A stretch of 44,677 nucleotides of DNA from NCBI GenBank assembly GCA_029762535.1, contig JARVGK010000024.1, positions 1 to 44,677 on the forward strand, in the 5' to 3' direction. The position numbers and the translations under genes are program-made. This DNA is from Thermoplasmatota archaeon (GTDB lineage Archaea > Thermoplasmatota > Penumbrarchaeia > Penumbrarchaeales > Penumbrarchaeaceae). The notes beneath the pieces are model-generated. The model worked only from the letters and a program-made list of their open reading frames with translations, made no database searches and had not been told where the DNA came from. Shown piece by piece: positions 17,547-27,101 of the stretch; within the stretch, counting starts at the first letter, position 1, and each line of letters starts with the position of its first letter.

Positions 17547-18530
17547 ATGCGATCGTGCTTCTTGGGCACAGGCGGAAGCTGGCCGACAAGGGAGCGTAAC
17601 GTATTATCCATAGCCTTGACCCATTCGAGGAACACGGTTCTCCTCGATTGCGGCGAGGGCACCCAGAGGCAGATGATCGGATCACCAGTATCCCCTCTGA
17701 AGATCGATGCGATAGTCGTGACCCACCTTCACGGGGACCACTTCCTGGGCATACCGGGCCTTGTGCAGTCGATGTCATTGAACGGCAGGAAGAGGCCCCT
17801 GATGATCGCCGGCCCCTCAAGTATCCACGCTTCGGTGGAAAGTTCCCTCTCATCCACAGTGTTCCGTCCGGGATTCGAGGTGGATGTGAGGGAGATGAAA
17901 GACGGCGACCGCCTGGTGGTAGGATCGCTCACAGTGAGGTGCGCTTCGGTCGAACATGGGATCGAGGCCCTTGCGTACCGTGTGGACGCTCCGCCCAGGC
18001 CGGGTTTCTTCGACCGCGCGAAGGCGGAGAGCATGGGCATACCCCAGGGAAGGCTTTGGGGAGACCTCCAAAGGGGAAAGACCATAAGGTCCAACCAGGG
18101 TGGCGTGGATCTCGAGGTTCGCCCAGAACAGATAGTTGGGCCCGCCCGCCCCGGCCTTTCGGTCGTATATTCGGGTGACACATTGCCCCACGGTTCCGTC
18201 GCGGCCCTTTCCAGGGATGCGGACGCCCTCATCCACGAGGCGACGTTCTCCGACAGGCACGCCGATCTTGCAAGGGATTACCTGCACAGCACGGCCAGGG
18301 AAGCGGCCGAGATCGCCTCCGAAGCGGGTGTTGGATCCCTGTTCCTGGTCCACATATCCCCGCGTTACTCCGCTCCCGACCTTATTGATGAAATGAGGAA
18401 GGAGGCGTGCGAGGTCTTCCCGGGTGCGATCATCCCCTCCGACGGAGAATGCTTCGAGATCGGTAGGAGAACGAATAAGCCCTGTAAGCCAGAAGATGGA
18501 GGGGCAGGAGCAGTTCGAACCTGCCGATGA
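17547..18530 (+). CDS. rnz: Ribonuclease Z (tRNA 3' endonuclease)
   Basis: FLGTGG, LDCGEGTQRQ, THLHGDHFLG, exosite GIPQGRLWGDLQRG, YSGDT, HEATF, HSTA, LVHISPRY. Confidence 0.95.
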   Translation: MRSCFLGTGGSWPTRERNVLSIALTHSRNTVLLDCGEGTQRQMIGSPVSPLKIDAIVVTHLHGDHFLGIPGLVQSMSLNGRKRPLMIAGPSSIHASVESSLSSTVFRPGFEVDVREMKDGDRLVVGSLTVRCASVEHGIEALAYRVDAPPRPGFFDRAKAESMGIPQGRLWGDLQRGKTIRSNQGGVDLEVRPEQIVGPARPGLSVVYSGDTLPHGSVAALSRDADALIHEATFSDRHADLARDYLHSTAREAAEIASEAGVGSLFLVHISPRYSAPDLIDEMRKEACEVFPGAIIPSDGECFEIGRRTNKPCKPEDGGAGAVRTCR

Positions 18531-19914
18531 ACATCACGACCGATAGGGCGATCTTGAGAAGTGGGTTCAACGCCGAGATCCCCTCGACGGTCGAGTAGGT
18601 GCCGAAACAAAGGCCGGTGTTGGATATCGTCGTGACGATGAGGGACATCACGGAGAATATGTCCCCGCCCTCGAAAGCGAGAATGATCAGGGCGGTGATG
18701 GCGATGGTCAGGACCATGATCGCGAACGCCGACCCTGCCGATTCCAGAGAACGCCCCGAGTACGTGCCTTCTCCCCTCTTCAGGGTGAGGACCAGCCCTG
18801 GGTGTGCGGTCTTTTTCACCTCTCCTTTCAAGGCGGAGCCGAGGAAAAGGAGCCGTTGTACCTTGAAACCAGAAGCCACCGACAGCGAGGACCCTCCAAT
18901 GAGCATGAGCAGAAGGAGAGCCATCTTCGCAGGGTCTGGAAACGAGGCGATCCCCTCAAGAGATGTCCCGGTAGTGGTCATGGAGGATATGGATGCGAAC
19001 GCCCCCTTCCATATGGATTCCCCTAAAGGCATGCCCGATAATAGAAGGATGGCTCCGATCACGAGCGGTGATGCTACCACCATGGACAGATATATCAGGT
19101 TCTCGGGATCGAGCAACGTCCTTCTCCTGTTCCTCGCCGAGAGCAGACTCAGATGGACGTGATATCCCATACCTGACCAGATCATGAATGCCATGATGAG
19201 AAGGTGCAGCCCCGGTCCCGCGTTCAACACGATCCCCGTGGATGAGTAACCTCCAGTCGATACGATGGACATGGAAATGCAGATCGAATCGTAAACCGAC
19301 TGTCCGGTTATCCTGAGGAACAGCATTAGAACGATCGTGAAGAGCGAATAGACCACGGTAAGGTTGTATAGAAGGTTCGAAAGCGTGGGGACCAATCCCA
19401 TGCGGACGAATATCCTACGCTCGGCGCTCCTCTTTGCCATATCGCTTATCTCGGAAAGTACCCTGAACGCCGTCACGAGATAGAACAATCCCCCGAACCA
19501 CTGGATCGCCACCCTGTAGAACAGCATTCCCGCTCCTGCCCCCATGAAGACCTCGGGGCCGTGTCCGGAGAGCCCCGTCGTCGTGAATCCCGCAAAGGAC
19601 TCGAAAAGGGACCCTGCCAGACCGAAGGTCCCGGACAATAGAAAGGGAAAGGAACCGATTATGGCCATGTAAAGGAACGATAGCATTCCTTCGAACAGGT
19701 CGAACGTCCTTTCCTGAGCGGACCTCCTTCTCAGGAGGAAGGAGGAGAGGTACAGCAGCGCGGATATGGCCAATGGTACGGCTAAAGGCAGGATGTTGCG
19801 GATGGTGATATCCCCGAATATGAGATCGACCAGCAGCGCTGATGCGAAAAGCAAAGATAGTGGCAGATTGATCCTGATAACCGAAAGCATTATCCTGGTC
19901 CGGTCCAAATCCAT
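18430..19914 (-). CDS. trkH: Trk potassium uptake membrane subunit
   Basis: Four pore motifs FTTTGLS, VSTGGYS, MTTTGTS and ISNTGL, plus MFIGRFE. Start ATG 19914 lies just after the trkA stop. Confidence 0.9.
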   Translation of the reverse strand: MDLDRTRIMLSVIRINLPLSLLFASALLVDLIFGDITIRNILPLAVPLAISALLYLSSFLLRRRSAQERTFDLFEGMLSFLYMAIIGSFPFLLSGTFGLAGSLFESFAGFTTTGLSGHGPEVFMGAGAGMLFYRVAIQWFGGLFYLVTAFRVLSEISDMAKRSAERRIFVRMGLVPTLSNLLYNLTVVYSLFTIVLMLFLRITGQSVYDSICISMSIVSTGGYSSTGIVLNAGPGLHLLIMAFMIWSGMGYHVHLSLLSARNRRRTLLDPENLIYLSMVVASPLVIGAILLLSGMPLGESIWKGAFASISSMTTTGTSLEGIASFPDPAKMALLLLMLIGGSSLSVASGFKVQRLLFLGSALKGEVKKTAHPGLVLTLKRGEGTYSGRSLESAGSAFAIMVLTIAITALIILAFEGGDIFSVMSLIVTTISNTGLCFGTYSTVEGISALNPLLKIALSVVMFIGRFELLLPLHLLAYRAYSFSYRSRSILRRRG

Positions 19915-19918
19915 ACCT

Positions 19919-21283
19919 CTAGAAATTGTCTTTGACCCATCTAACGTTCCTGCTCTTCGTGAAGATAACGAGGCGGTCATTCGGATGTATGTAGGTGTCG
20001 CCTCTTGGGATTATGAGATTATCATTGCGCACCACTGCACCTATGAGAACACCTTTCATGCGCAGTCCCATGATGGAATCTATCCGCCTGTTGGCGAGCT
20101 TCGCCTTCTCCCGTACCTTGACCTCGATGACCTGTGCCTCGCCCTGGCTCAGGGTCGCCATCGATTGGAAGTCATCCAGGTGGAAGTATTTCATGATGGT
20201 CGAGAGGGTAACGTTCCTGGGTGTGATCACGAGATCGATGCCCATCTCCTCCAGGGTCGATTTCAAGGAGGGTTTGTCGATAAGAGCGATGGAGCGCTTT
20301 GCCCCGTGCTGCTTTGCCAGGAGGGATATCAATATATTGACCTCCTCGCGCTCCGTGAGAGCGAGAAAAGCATCGGTCTCAGAAAGCCCCTCCTCCCTCA
20401 AGAGCTCCCTGTCGGATGGGGACCCGTTAACGACCAGAACGCCCTCCAGCTTGTCCGAGAGCAACCGGCACCTCTCAAGGTCCTCCTCGATCATTATCAC
20501 CGCGACATCGTTATCGTTCAAAAGCTTCGCAAGATGCAAGCCGACCCTGGACCCTCCGGCTATCATCGCTTTCTTTACACGTTTGTCCAGCCTCACCTTT
20601 CTCGATGTGCCCAACGCCCTGGACAGCTTTTTTATCAAGGTGGGTGCCCCCTTCTCGGGCATCAGGGCAATTATCCTGTCGTTGTGCTCCAATTTGAGGG
20701 ACCCGCGAGGGATCAGGACCTCCTCGTTCCTGAATATCGTCACCAGGTTGACGTCCCTTGGGAGGGAGGCCTTCGCGATCTCCTTACCCACTACACGGGA
20801 CCTCCTCGAAACCCTCTCCTCGACTATCCGGACCTGGTCCATCATGAGTAAAGGGGAATCGAAGAGCACGGGCAGGGTCAGGACGTTCGATATATGCGTG
20901 GCCGATATAAGCTCCGGGCAGAATGCGAGCTCGACCCCGCAATCCAGCAGGTCCTTGTTCGATACCGGGGCCTCGATGTAATCGTCGCTGTTGATCCTGG
21001 CCATTGTATGGCAGCCACGGTTCTTGGCTATGGAGCATGCCACCATGTTCACCTCGTCCGATGCGGTCACGGCTATGAGAACGTCCGCCGAGTTGACGTA
21101 GGCCTTGTTGAGCGCCGATTGGGACGCGGCGTTCCCCTGAACGACCATAACGTCGAGACCCTCGAGCTTCCTCGTCTTCTCCTCGTCCCTCTCGATCACG
21201 GTGACGTTATGCCCTTCTTCGGAAAGTGCCCTGGCAAGGGAGAACCCGACGTCCCCGCCGCCCGCTATGACGACGTTCTTCAA
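19919..21283 (-). CDS. trkA: Trk potassium uptake regulatory subunit (two RCK domains)
   Basis: IAGGGDVG and IAGGSRVG Rossmann motifs, SDEVN/REEVN, two TrkA-C domains; TTG start with GGGGT SD. Confidence 0.95.
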   Translation of the reverse strand: MKNVVIAGGGDVGFSLARALSEEGHNVTVIERDEEKTRKLEGLDVMVVQGNAASQSALNKAYVNSADVLIAVTASDEVNMVACSIAKNRGCHTMARINSDDYIEAPVSNKDLLDCGVELAFCPELISATHISNVLTLPVLFDSPLLMMDQVRIVEERVSRRSRVVGKEIAKASLPRDVNLVTIFRNEEVLIPRGSLKLEHNDRIIALMPEKGAPTLIKKLSRALGTSRKVRLDKRVKKAMIAGGSRVGLHLAKLLNDNDVAVIMIEEDLERCRLLSDKLEGVLVVNGSPSDRELLREEGLSETDAFLALTEREEVNILISLLAKQHGAKRSIALIDKPSLKSTLEEMGIDLVITPRNVTLSTIMKYFHLDDFQSMATLSQGEAQVIEVKVREKAKLANRRIDSIMGLRMKGVLIGAVVRNDNLIIPRGDTYIHPNDRLVIFTKSRNVRWVKDNF

Positions 21284-21316
21284 GAAAATACCCCGCTGGG
21301 GAACCAGCCGGACCGG

Positions 21317-22495
21317 TTATATAGGTTTTCCATTTCGGGATGCATCACCTTCGATGCGGATATCAAGCGCGACATGGTCTATCATGGGCGCAAAGGATTT
21401 GACCCTGCGCCCCTCCTCCAGGGATACCCTGGAATTGGGTCTCGATCCATTGATGATCGTACTAGCCCTCTCGAACAGTCCTTCGATCCCGACCTCTACG
21501 GGGACCGTATCATGCAAGTGTATCCAACCCCCATCTGGGGAGAGATATGACGCGGCCCTGTTGAGGTAGCCGATGGTCCCTCCGACATAACCCATCAATA
21601 TCCTGTTAGCGATGCCTTCGGGAAGGGAGGTCCTGCAATCACCGAGAACAGGTACTACCTTGTTCTCCATTTTATTCTCCATTATGTTCCTGTGGAGATA
21701 TCCATGGGAGACGGGGTTCTTCTCGCAGGATATGATCCGGATGCCGGGATCCGATCTCGCCAATGGCAGGGTGAAGTAGCCTATCCCCGAGAACATATCA
21801 TAGACTATCTCGGACGCTCGGCCGTTCACGGCGTCGCTGAAGAGCGGGAAGAGCTTCAAGAGCTCCGCGGCGCGCATCCTCTCATGGTTATTTCCCGATG
21901 AGAACATCACCCTGGTCGGGTCCAGATGATAGCGGATCCCGTTCTCCACATGCCTGACATCGAATATACCATCTTCCGGGGGTATCACCGTTTCCACATC
22001 CGGTTCCCTCATCTCCCCCCTGATCCCTCCGGTGTCCAGGAGTACGTATCTCGCGCGAAGGACCTCTCGGTAGGCCTCGCACACCGTTCTCCTATGTTCG
22101 TATATCCCCCTGTCAAGCCTCAGTACCAGGGCGTCTCCGATCATCTCCCATCGGTCCGGGAGCCGTCCAAGTGATCCCTTGGGGAGGGAGCCGGACAACA
22201 GGCCTTCCACCTTTCTCAACGGGCTTTCCACCCCGATCCTGCTCGAGGTCATGTCATCGTCATGTAGGACCTCGACGAACGCCTCCGACCGACGTTCGAG
22301 GTCGGCGACCAGATCATCAGTATCTCCCTCAGGTACTCTTACTGGAAAGTAAACATACCCATCGTCCCGGCCTATCGACCTCCGGGGGTCGAATAGGAGA
22401 TCGGATAGAAGATGCCGCCTGAGGTCCTCAGCACTCTCCTTGGAGACCTTCAGGGTGATCCTTTGAACCTTTGGGCATTCTTGCTTACCATCCAT
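21317..22495 (-). CDS. taw2: Trm5/Tyw2-family SAM-dependent tRNA modification enzyme, most like Taw2 (wyosine aminocarboxypropyltransferase)
   Basis: HVENGIRY, VMFSSGNNHERMR, DMFSGIGYFTLP, EKNP, GDCR, ANRILMGYV. The FSxGN and MGY motifs favour Taw2 over Trm5. Confidence 0.75.
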   Translation of the reverse strand: MDGKQECPKVQRITLKVSKESAEDLRRHLLSDLLFDPRRSIGRDDGYVYFPVRVPEGDTDDLVADLERRSEAFVEVLHDDDMTSSRIGVESPLRKVEGLLSGSLPKGSLGRLPDRWEMIGDALVLRLDRGIYEHRRTVCEAYREVLRARYVLLDTGGIRGEMREPDVETVIPPEDGIFDVRHVENGIRYHLDPTRVMFSSGNNHERMRAAELLKLFPLFSDAVNGRASEIVYDMFSGIGYFTLPLARSDPGIRIISCEKNPVSHGYLHRNIMENKMENKVVPVLGDCRTSLPEGIANRILMGYVGGTIGYLNRAASYLSPDGGWIHLHDTVPVEVGIEGLFERASTIINGSRPNSRVSLEEGRRVKSFAPMIDHVALDIRIEGDASRNGKPI

Positions 22496-22588
22496 CTTTC
22501 ATCAATATGATTATACCGCATAATAACGTGTCGCAGCGTGGGGATGCTCACCCCACAGTGAATTGAACAGAAAAGTTTTATTACGCAC

Positions 22589-24973
22589 GTGCAACGTCAT
22601 TCAGATATGCGATCGAATCCCAACCAGGGATCGGCGGTCCTTATTATGGCCGCCATCCTGTTGTCCGGTATGTTGGCCCTTCCCGTCGATGTATCTCGCG
22701 CTGTTTCTACCCGAGGGGTGGGCGAGGATATCATGATAGAGGCGGTCTTCCAGCTCATCGATCCCCTCACATCGGTGGTCGAAGCCAGTTTCGATATATA
22801 TTCGATCATCTTCGACGATGTCCCACTGGACGCGGACGAGATCAGGGCCGCTTACTCGAACGACCCGGAGGGGGTCGCGGATTCGATAACCTCTGAAATG
22901 GGATCGAGGATCAACGAGAGGCTCGAGACCGCGATCGATGGCGCCGATTTCCAGCTGACGGGATGGTGGATAGACCCGAACACCCTCGATAATGACACGG
23001 CGGGCCAGGGAACGCCTGTATCGGGAACGGTCGATTTCAGAGGCGATATCCCTCCCGAAGAACTGATACCTGCCGGCTACCTCTCGGATATCGGGCCGGG
23101 AAGGATGCCTTTCGTTATGGGTGCGCTGTTCAAGAGCGGATTCACCTACAGCAGGAGCTACACGTTCTCGGCCGGTCCGGGAGAGAGCATCAAATATATA
23201 CTTCCGTCGAGCTTCGACCTTCTGGGCGACGGGGCCGTTGTCCTCCTTAACGAGCAGCCGGGACAGCCGATACCGCAGGATGGATACCTCCTATCCCTGT
23301 CAGGTGGTGCTGGAACACAGGTGGAGAGGTATTCATTCAAGGTAAGGGCCGATCGAACGATCGTACCCATGGAGGAGAGCATCGACGGCATCGTGACCTT
23401 GGACATGCCACTTTTGGATTCGATCTCCGTCCGCTCGAGTGTGAACATTCATAGTGTAAGAGCATCCAAGACGTCCATGCTCGACGACATCCCACAGGGA
23501 ATGGACCATCCCGCATACCTCGGGGCCGGGACAATTAGGTATCTCGCCCTTGAAGGTCTTCTCGATGAGAAGGACCTGAAAAGTGCGGTCGATGAGCTGG
23601 CAGCGGATGCCGCCGAGGACCTGTCCGGTGCGATGGATGCGGACATATACCTCGAAACCCGGCTGGACATGGGGATCTCGGGGGAGGACCCTCCACTGTC
23701 CGGATCGGACCTCGTCTCATCTCTAATGTCCAACAGGAGCATCATACTCCACATGGATACGGATTCCTATGCGAGGTCGAACATCACAAAGGGTTACGAT
23801 CCACAGGACGTTATGGGGTTGCTCAACGGAGGATTGATCATTAGTCCCGAGTTCGACAGGGCCGTGGATGACCGCTACGAAGTGCGCATCGTCCTTCCAG
23901 AAGGCCTTATGATCAGAGGCAGGGACCATCTCGAGAACGTGGGCGGCAGGAGGACCTATGCACTGCCTTACGGAGCAGCTTCAATTATATCACAGAGGGC
24001 ACCGCAGCTCAACGAGAGCCATGTTTCACTATCCGGTTCCATGGATATGAGCGTCATACGTTCGGTATATCTTGTCGATGCCACGGTCCAGCTCCAAGCG
24101 GACCTGGAGCTGCTCATAGGACATGTGGGTATCGACATCTCCGACATAGATATCGATCTGGACATGGGCATCGAGCTCGAACACCTCTCGGCCGATCTCG
24201 CAAGGCTCATGGTCAGGATGGGGATCCTCTCACGCTTCAGCTTCGAGGACAGGATCAGGGACGATCTCCATACGTTCCTTTCCGACATGGTCCCGAACAA
24301 AGAGGACCTCGGGGTGGAGTTCGTCGGTGATACCCTTGACTTCGATGGGGACCTCGAAAACGTCGATGGTCAGCATCCCCTGCGACTGAATATCAGTGTT
24401 CGATCGAACACGGAACTGATCGATCCCGCTCTCGGCAGGGAGGGTAATGCCATAAGGTCCGGGTTCCTGCCTTATCATCTGGATCCGTTGGTCCCCATGA
24501 GGTCCTACAAGAGGTCGATCCCTCTTGAAGAGGCCTCGGAATGGGATCTGTATATCTCGATCTCGTTCCCATCCGGGGTAGGCGTGAGGGGAAACCTTGG
24601 CAAAGGCTCGGACCATTATCAAAAAGAGCTCGAGACCCATGTTGAGGACGGGATCCCCACCATGATGCTGATCTCCCATCCCGGTGAGGGGGACCATATC
24701 TACCTTGAGCTTTCCGGCGCGGGTTATTTCGCATACAACAACGTTTCCGTCTGTTTCTTCTCTGTAATATTCCTCCTTGCCTTCATCCTGCTCTTCGTTC
24801 TGGTGAAGGTCGGCAAGGCGGTATCGAAGAAGATAAAGGATAGAAGAACGGTCCAACCCAAGGTCGATGATGACGAGTGGGATCCCAACAAGGTTCTGGA
24901 GGGTCCGGACGGTATAGAAAAGGTCGGGCCCAACTCGGGTCCGCCCCTGAAAGACCATGACCTCACATCCTAA
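22589..24973 (+). CDS. Hypothetical secreted, C-terminally membrane-anchored protein with three internal repeats
   Basis: 794 aa with signal peptide, acidic body, TM (VCFFSVIFLLAFILLFVLV) and basic cluster; start GTG 22589 or ATG 22607. Confidence 0.8.
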   Translation: MQRHSDMRSNPNQGSAVLIMAAILLSGMLALPVDVSRAVSTRGVGEDIMIEAVFQLIDPLTSVVEASFDIYSIIFDDVPLDADEIRAAYSNDPEGVADSITSEMGSRINERLETAIDGADFQLTGWWIDPNTLDNDTAGQGTPVSGTVDFRGDIPPEELIPAGYLSDIGPGRMPFVMGALFKSGFTYSRSYTFSAGPGESIKYILPSSFDLLGDGAVVLLNEQPGQPIPQDGYLLSLSGGAGTQVERYSFKVRADRTIVPMEESIDGIVTLDMPLLDSISVRSSVNIHSVRASKTSMLDDIPQGMDHPAYLGAGTIRYLALEGLLDEKDLKSAVDELAADAAEDLSGAMDADIYLETRLDMGISGEDPPLSGSDLVSSLMSNRSIILHMDTDSYARSNITKGYDPQDVMGLLNGGLIISPEFDRAVDDRYEVRIVLPEGLMIRGRDHLENVGGRRTYALPYGAASIISQRAPQLNESHVSLSGSMDMSVIRSVYLVDATVQLQADLELLIGHVGIDISDIDIDLDMGIELEHLSADLARLMVRMGILSRFSFEDRIRDDLHTFLSDMVPNKEDLGVEFVGDTLDFDGDLENVDGQHPLRLNISVRSNTELIDPALGREGNAIRSGFLPYHLDPLVPMRSYKRSIPLEEASEWDLYISISFPSGVGVRGNLGKGSDHYQKELETHVEDGIPTMMLISHPGEGDHIYLELSGAGYFAYNNVSVCFFSVIFLLAFILLFVLVKVGKAVSKKIKDRRTVQPKVDDDEWDPNKVLEGPDGIEKVGPNSGPPLKDHDLTS

Positions 24974-25026
24974 GATGGGCGTATCCAGACGCTGGACCTC
25001 TTGGATCGGGCATATTCAACGGCTGC

Positions 25027-25039
25027 AAACTTTTAAATA
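25027..25039 (+). promoter_or_regulatory. Putative BRE/TATA promoter of the rps19e operon
   Basis: AAACTTTTAAATA 70 nt upstream of rps19e; SD GGAGG precedes the ATG. Confidence 0.6.
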
Positions 25040-25108
25040 AAGGAGTAATTATCAGCCCTCCCACGCCCCCATACTGGGGTCGATCCAAATGGAATCCGGA
25101 GGCCTATA

Positions 25109-25561
25109 ATGACCACCATATATGATGTACCCGCCGAGAATCTCATTAGAAGGACGGCGGACGAGCTGAAGACGATGGAGAAGTGCCAACCTCCAGAATG
25201 GGCGCCGTTCGTCAAGACCGCTTCCCACAAGGAGAAGGCACCAATTCAGGAGGATTGGTGGCATATAAGGCAGGCCGCCATTCTGCGTAAGGTTTACATG
25301 CACGGTCCGCTAGGGATCGAGCATCTGCGGGGGTTGTTCTGCGGTGCTAAGGACAGGGGTTCGAAGCCCAACAGGAGCGTGCCTGGTTCAGGCTCGATCA
25401 TAAGGGTGTCCCTGCAGCAGCTGGAGGACATCGAGCTCGTCAGACCTGTAAAGGGAAAGGGCCGGGAGCTAACCCCGGGCGGAAGGAAGCTAATGGACAG
25501 GATGGCCCATGAGGTCATGAAGGATATCATCACCCAACATCCGGAGCTTGGGAAGTATTGA
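25109..25561 (+). CDS. rps19e: 30S ribosomal protein S19e
   Basis: MTTIYDVPA, PEWAPFVKT, DWWHIRQAAILRKVY, GSGSIIR..LQQLE, GRELTPGG. Confidence 0.97.
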   Translation: MTTIYDVPAENLIRRTADELKTMEKCQPPEWAPFVKTASHKEKAPIQEDWWHIRQAAILRKVYMHGPLGIEHLRGLFCGAKDRGSKPNRSVPGSGSIIRVSLQQLEDIELVRPVKGKGRELTPGGRKLMDRMAHEVMKDIITQHPELGKY

Positions 25562-25586
25562 ACGAACGATCGATATATGCGAGGTG

Positions 25587-25928
25587 ATGGGAATTTCCGA
25601 TGAGGACGCTGAACTGGAGATGATAAGGCGCAGGAAACTGGCCGATCTTCAGACGCAACAGGTCCAGGAGGAGAACATCGCCAGGCAGCAGGAACATCTC
25701 GAGGAGCAGAGGATGATCGTGCTGCGCAGGATATTGACCAAGGAGGCAATGGAGAGGCTCGGCAACCTGTCCCTTGCCTATCCGGAGGTCACCGAGAACA
25801 TCAAGAACCAGCTGCTCATGCTCTATCAGAGCGGAAGGATACAGAGGGAGATCGACGACGATACGTTGAAGAAGCTGCTGCAGCAGGTGCAGCCAAGGTC
25901 CAAGGAGATCAAGATAACCAGGAAGTAG
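25587..25928 (+). CDS. PDCD5-like double-stranded DNA-binding protein
   Basis: [47 protein letters not shown]; conserved position after rps19e. Confidence 0.92.
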   Translation: MGISDEDAELEMIRRRKLADLQTQQVQEENIARQQEHLEEQRMIVLRRILTKEAMERLGNLSLAYPEVTENIKNQLLMLYQSGRIQREIDDDTLKKLLQQVQPRSKEIKITRK

Positions 25929-25933
25929 ATACC

Positions 25934-26089
25934 ATGTCCAGCCACAAACCGCACGCCATGAAGAAGAGATTGATGAAAGCCACGAACACCAACAGGAGGG
26001 TTCCCGCCTGGGTCATGCAGAGGACCGGAAGGCGCTTCACGAACCATCCCAAGAGGTTCACCTGGAGAAGGAGCAAGCTTCAGAAGTAG
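25934..26089 (+). CDS. rpl39e: 50S ribosomal protein L39e
   Basis: Manually translated [51 protein letters not shown] (51 aa, below the track cutoff). Confidence 0.96.
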   Translation: MSSHKPHAMKKRLMKATNTNRRVPAWVMQRTGRRFTNHPKRFTWRRSKLQK

Positions 26090-26102
26090 CATTAAGGGGT
26101 GA

Positions 26103-26381
26103 ATGAAAATGGCCGAGGATATGGAAGAAAGGATAATAGTGGTCCCTCTGAGGAAATTGATAGATTCCCCGAGGACCAAGAGGGCCAATAAGGCCATCAA
26201 GCTCATCAGGTCCCACATCGCCAGGCATATGAAGGCGGAGGAGGACCATATCTGGATCGACACCCCCATCAATGAGGCGATATGGAAGAACGGGAGGGAG
26301 AACCCCCCGGACAGGTTAAGGGTAAAGGCCGTCAAGTTCAAGGACCAGGACCTCGTCGAAGTCACCATTCCCGAGGATTGA
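26103..26381 (+). CDS. rpl31e: 50S ribosomal protein L31e
   Basis: ERIIVVPLR, PRTKRANKAIKLIR..RHMK, INEAIWKNGRENPPDRLRV. Confidence 0.96.
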   Translation: MKMAEDMEERIIVVPLRKLIDSPRTKRANKAIKLIRSHIARHMKAEEDHIWIDTPINEAIWKNGRENPPDRLRVKAVKFKDQDLVEVTIPED

Positions 26382-26402
26382 TCCCTTCGGGGGTGTTACT
26401 TC

Positions 26403-27095
26403 ATGCCAGTTCGGCTTGCGGACATATCCGGCAATCCCTACATAGGGGTATTCTGCAAGCTTGTGGGCCGCAGAATGCTCGCCCCTCTTGAGGCTTCCGA
26501 TCAATTCGTACAGCTTTCAGAGGAGGCACTTGGTGTACAAGTGGTGAGGACCCTCCTTGGAGGTACGAACCTTCACGGTTCGCTGCTCGCATCGAACAAG
26601 AGGGGCATGATCGCCCCGTATTTCCTGGACAAAGAGGAGATAGAGCGCGCCTTATCATCCACCGAAGAGGATGGCAACACCATGGATATCCACATAGAGA
26701 TATCCGATGACCCGCTGACCGCATGGGGGAACAACCTTCTGATGGGCGATAGTAAGGCCGTCGCCAACCCGGACATGTCCAAGCCGACCCTGAAACGAAT
26801 ATCGGACCTGTTCGACATCGAGATCATAACAATGCCCATTGCCGGCATAAAGACCGTGGGCTCGGTCTCAGTTATGAACTCGAAGGGGCTTCTTGTTCAT
26901 CCAAAAACATCGCAGGATGATATCGATGGATTAAAGGACATTTTCGGAAGGGAAGTGGACATCTCCACCGCGAACTTCGGATCGCCCTATCTGGGCGCCT
27001 CTATCGTGACCAACGACAGCGGAGCGATCATCGGTTCGAAGAGCTCCGGGGTGGAGATCAACCGTATAGAGAACACCCTTGACCTGATCGGATGA
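26403..27095 (+). CDS. eif6: Translation initiation factor 6 (aIF6)
   Basis: GNPYIGVF, GNNLL, IAGIKTVGS, GLLVHP, TANFGSPYLGASIVTND; follows rpl31e. Confidence 0.95.
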   Translation: MPVRLADISGNPYIGVFCKLVGRRMLAPLEASDQFVQLSEEALGVQVVRTLLGGTNLHGSLLASNKRGMIAPYFLDKEEIERALSSTEEDGNTMDIHIEISDDPLTAWGNNLLMGDSKAVANPDMSKPTLKRISDLFDIEIITMPIAGIKTVGSVSVMNSKGLLVHPKTSQDDIDGLKDIFGREVDISTANFGSPYLGASIVTNDSGAIIGSKSSGVEINRIENTLDLIG

Positions 27096-27101
27096 CACGG
27101 G

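Noticed and set aside
19766-21550. Long plus-strand ORFs (361, 328 and 218 aa) opposite trkA
   Set aside because: Antisense shadows expected in GC-rich coding DNA; trkA is clearly the real gene
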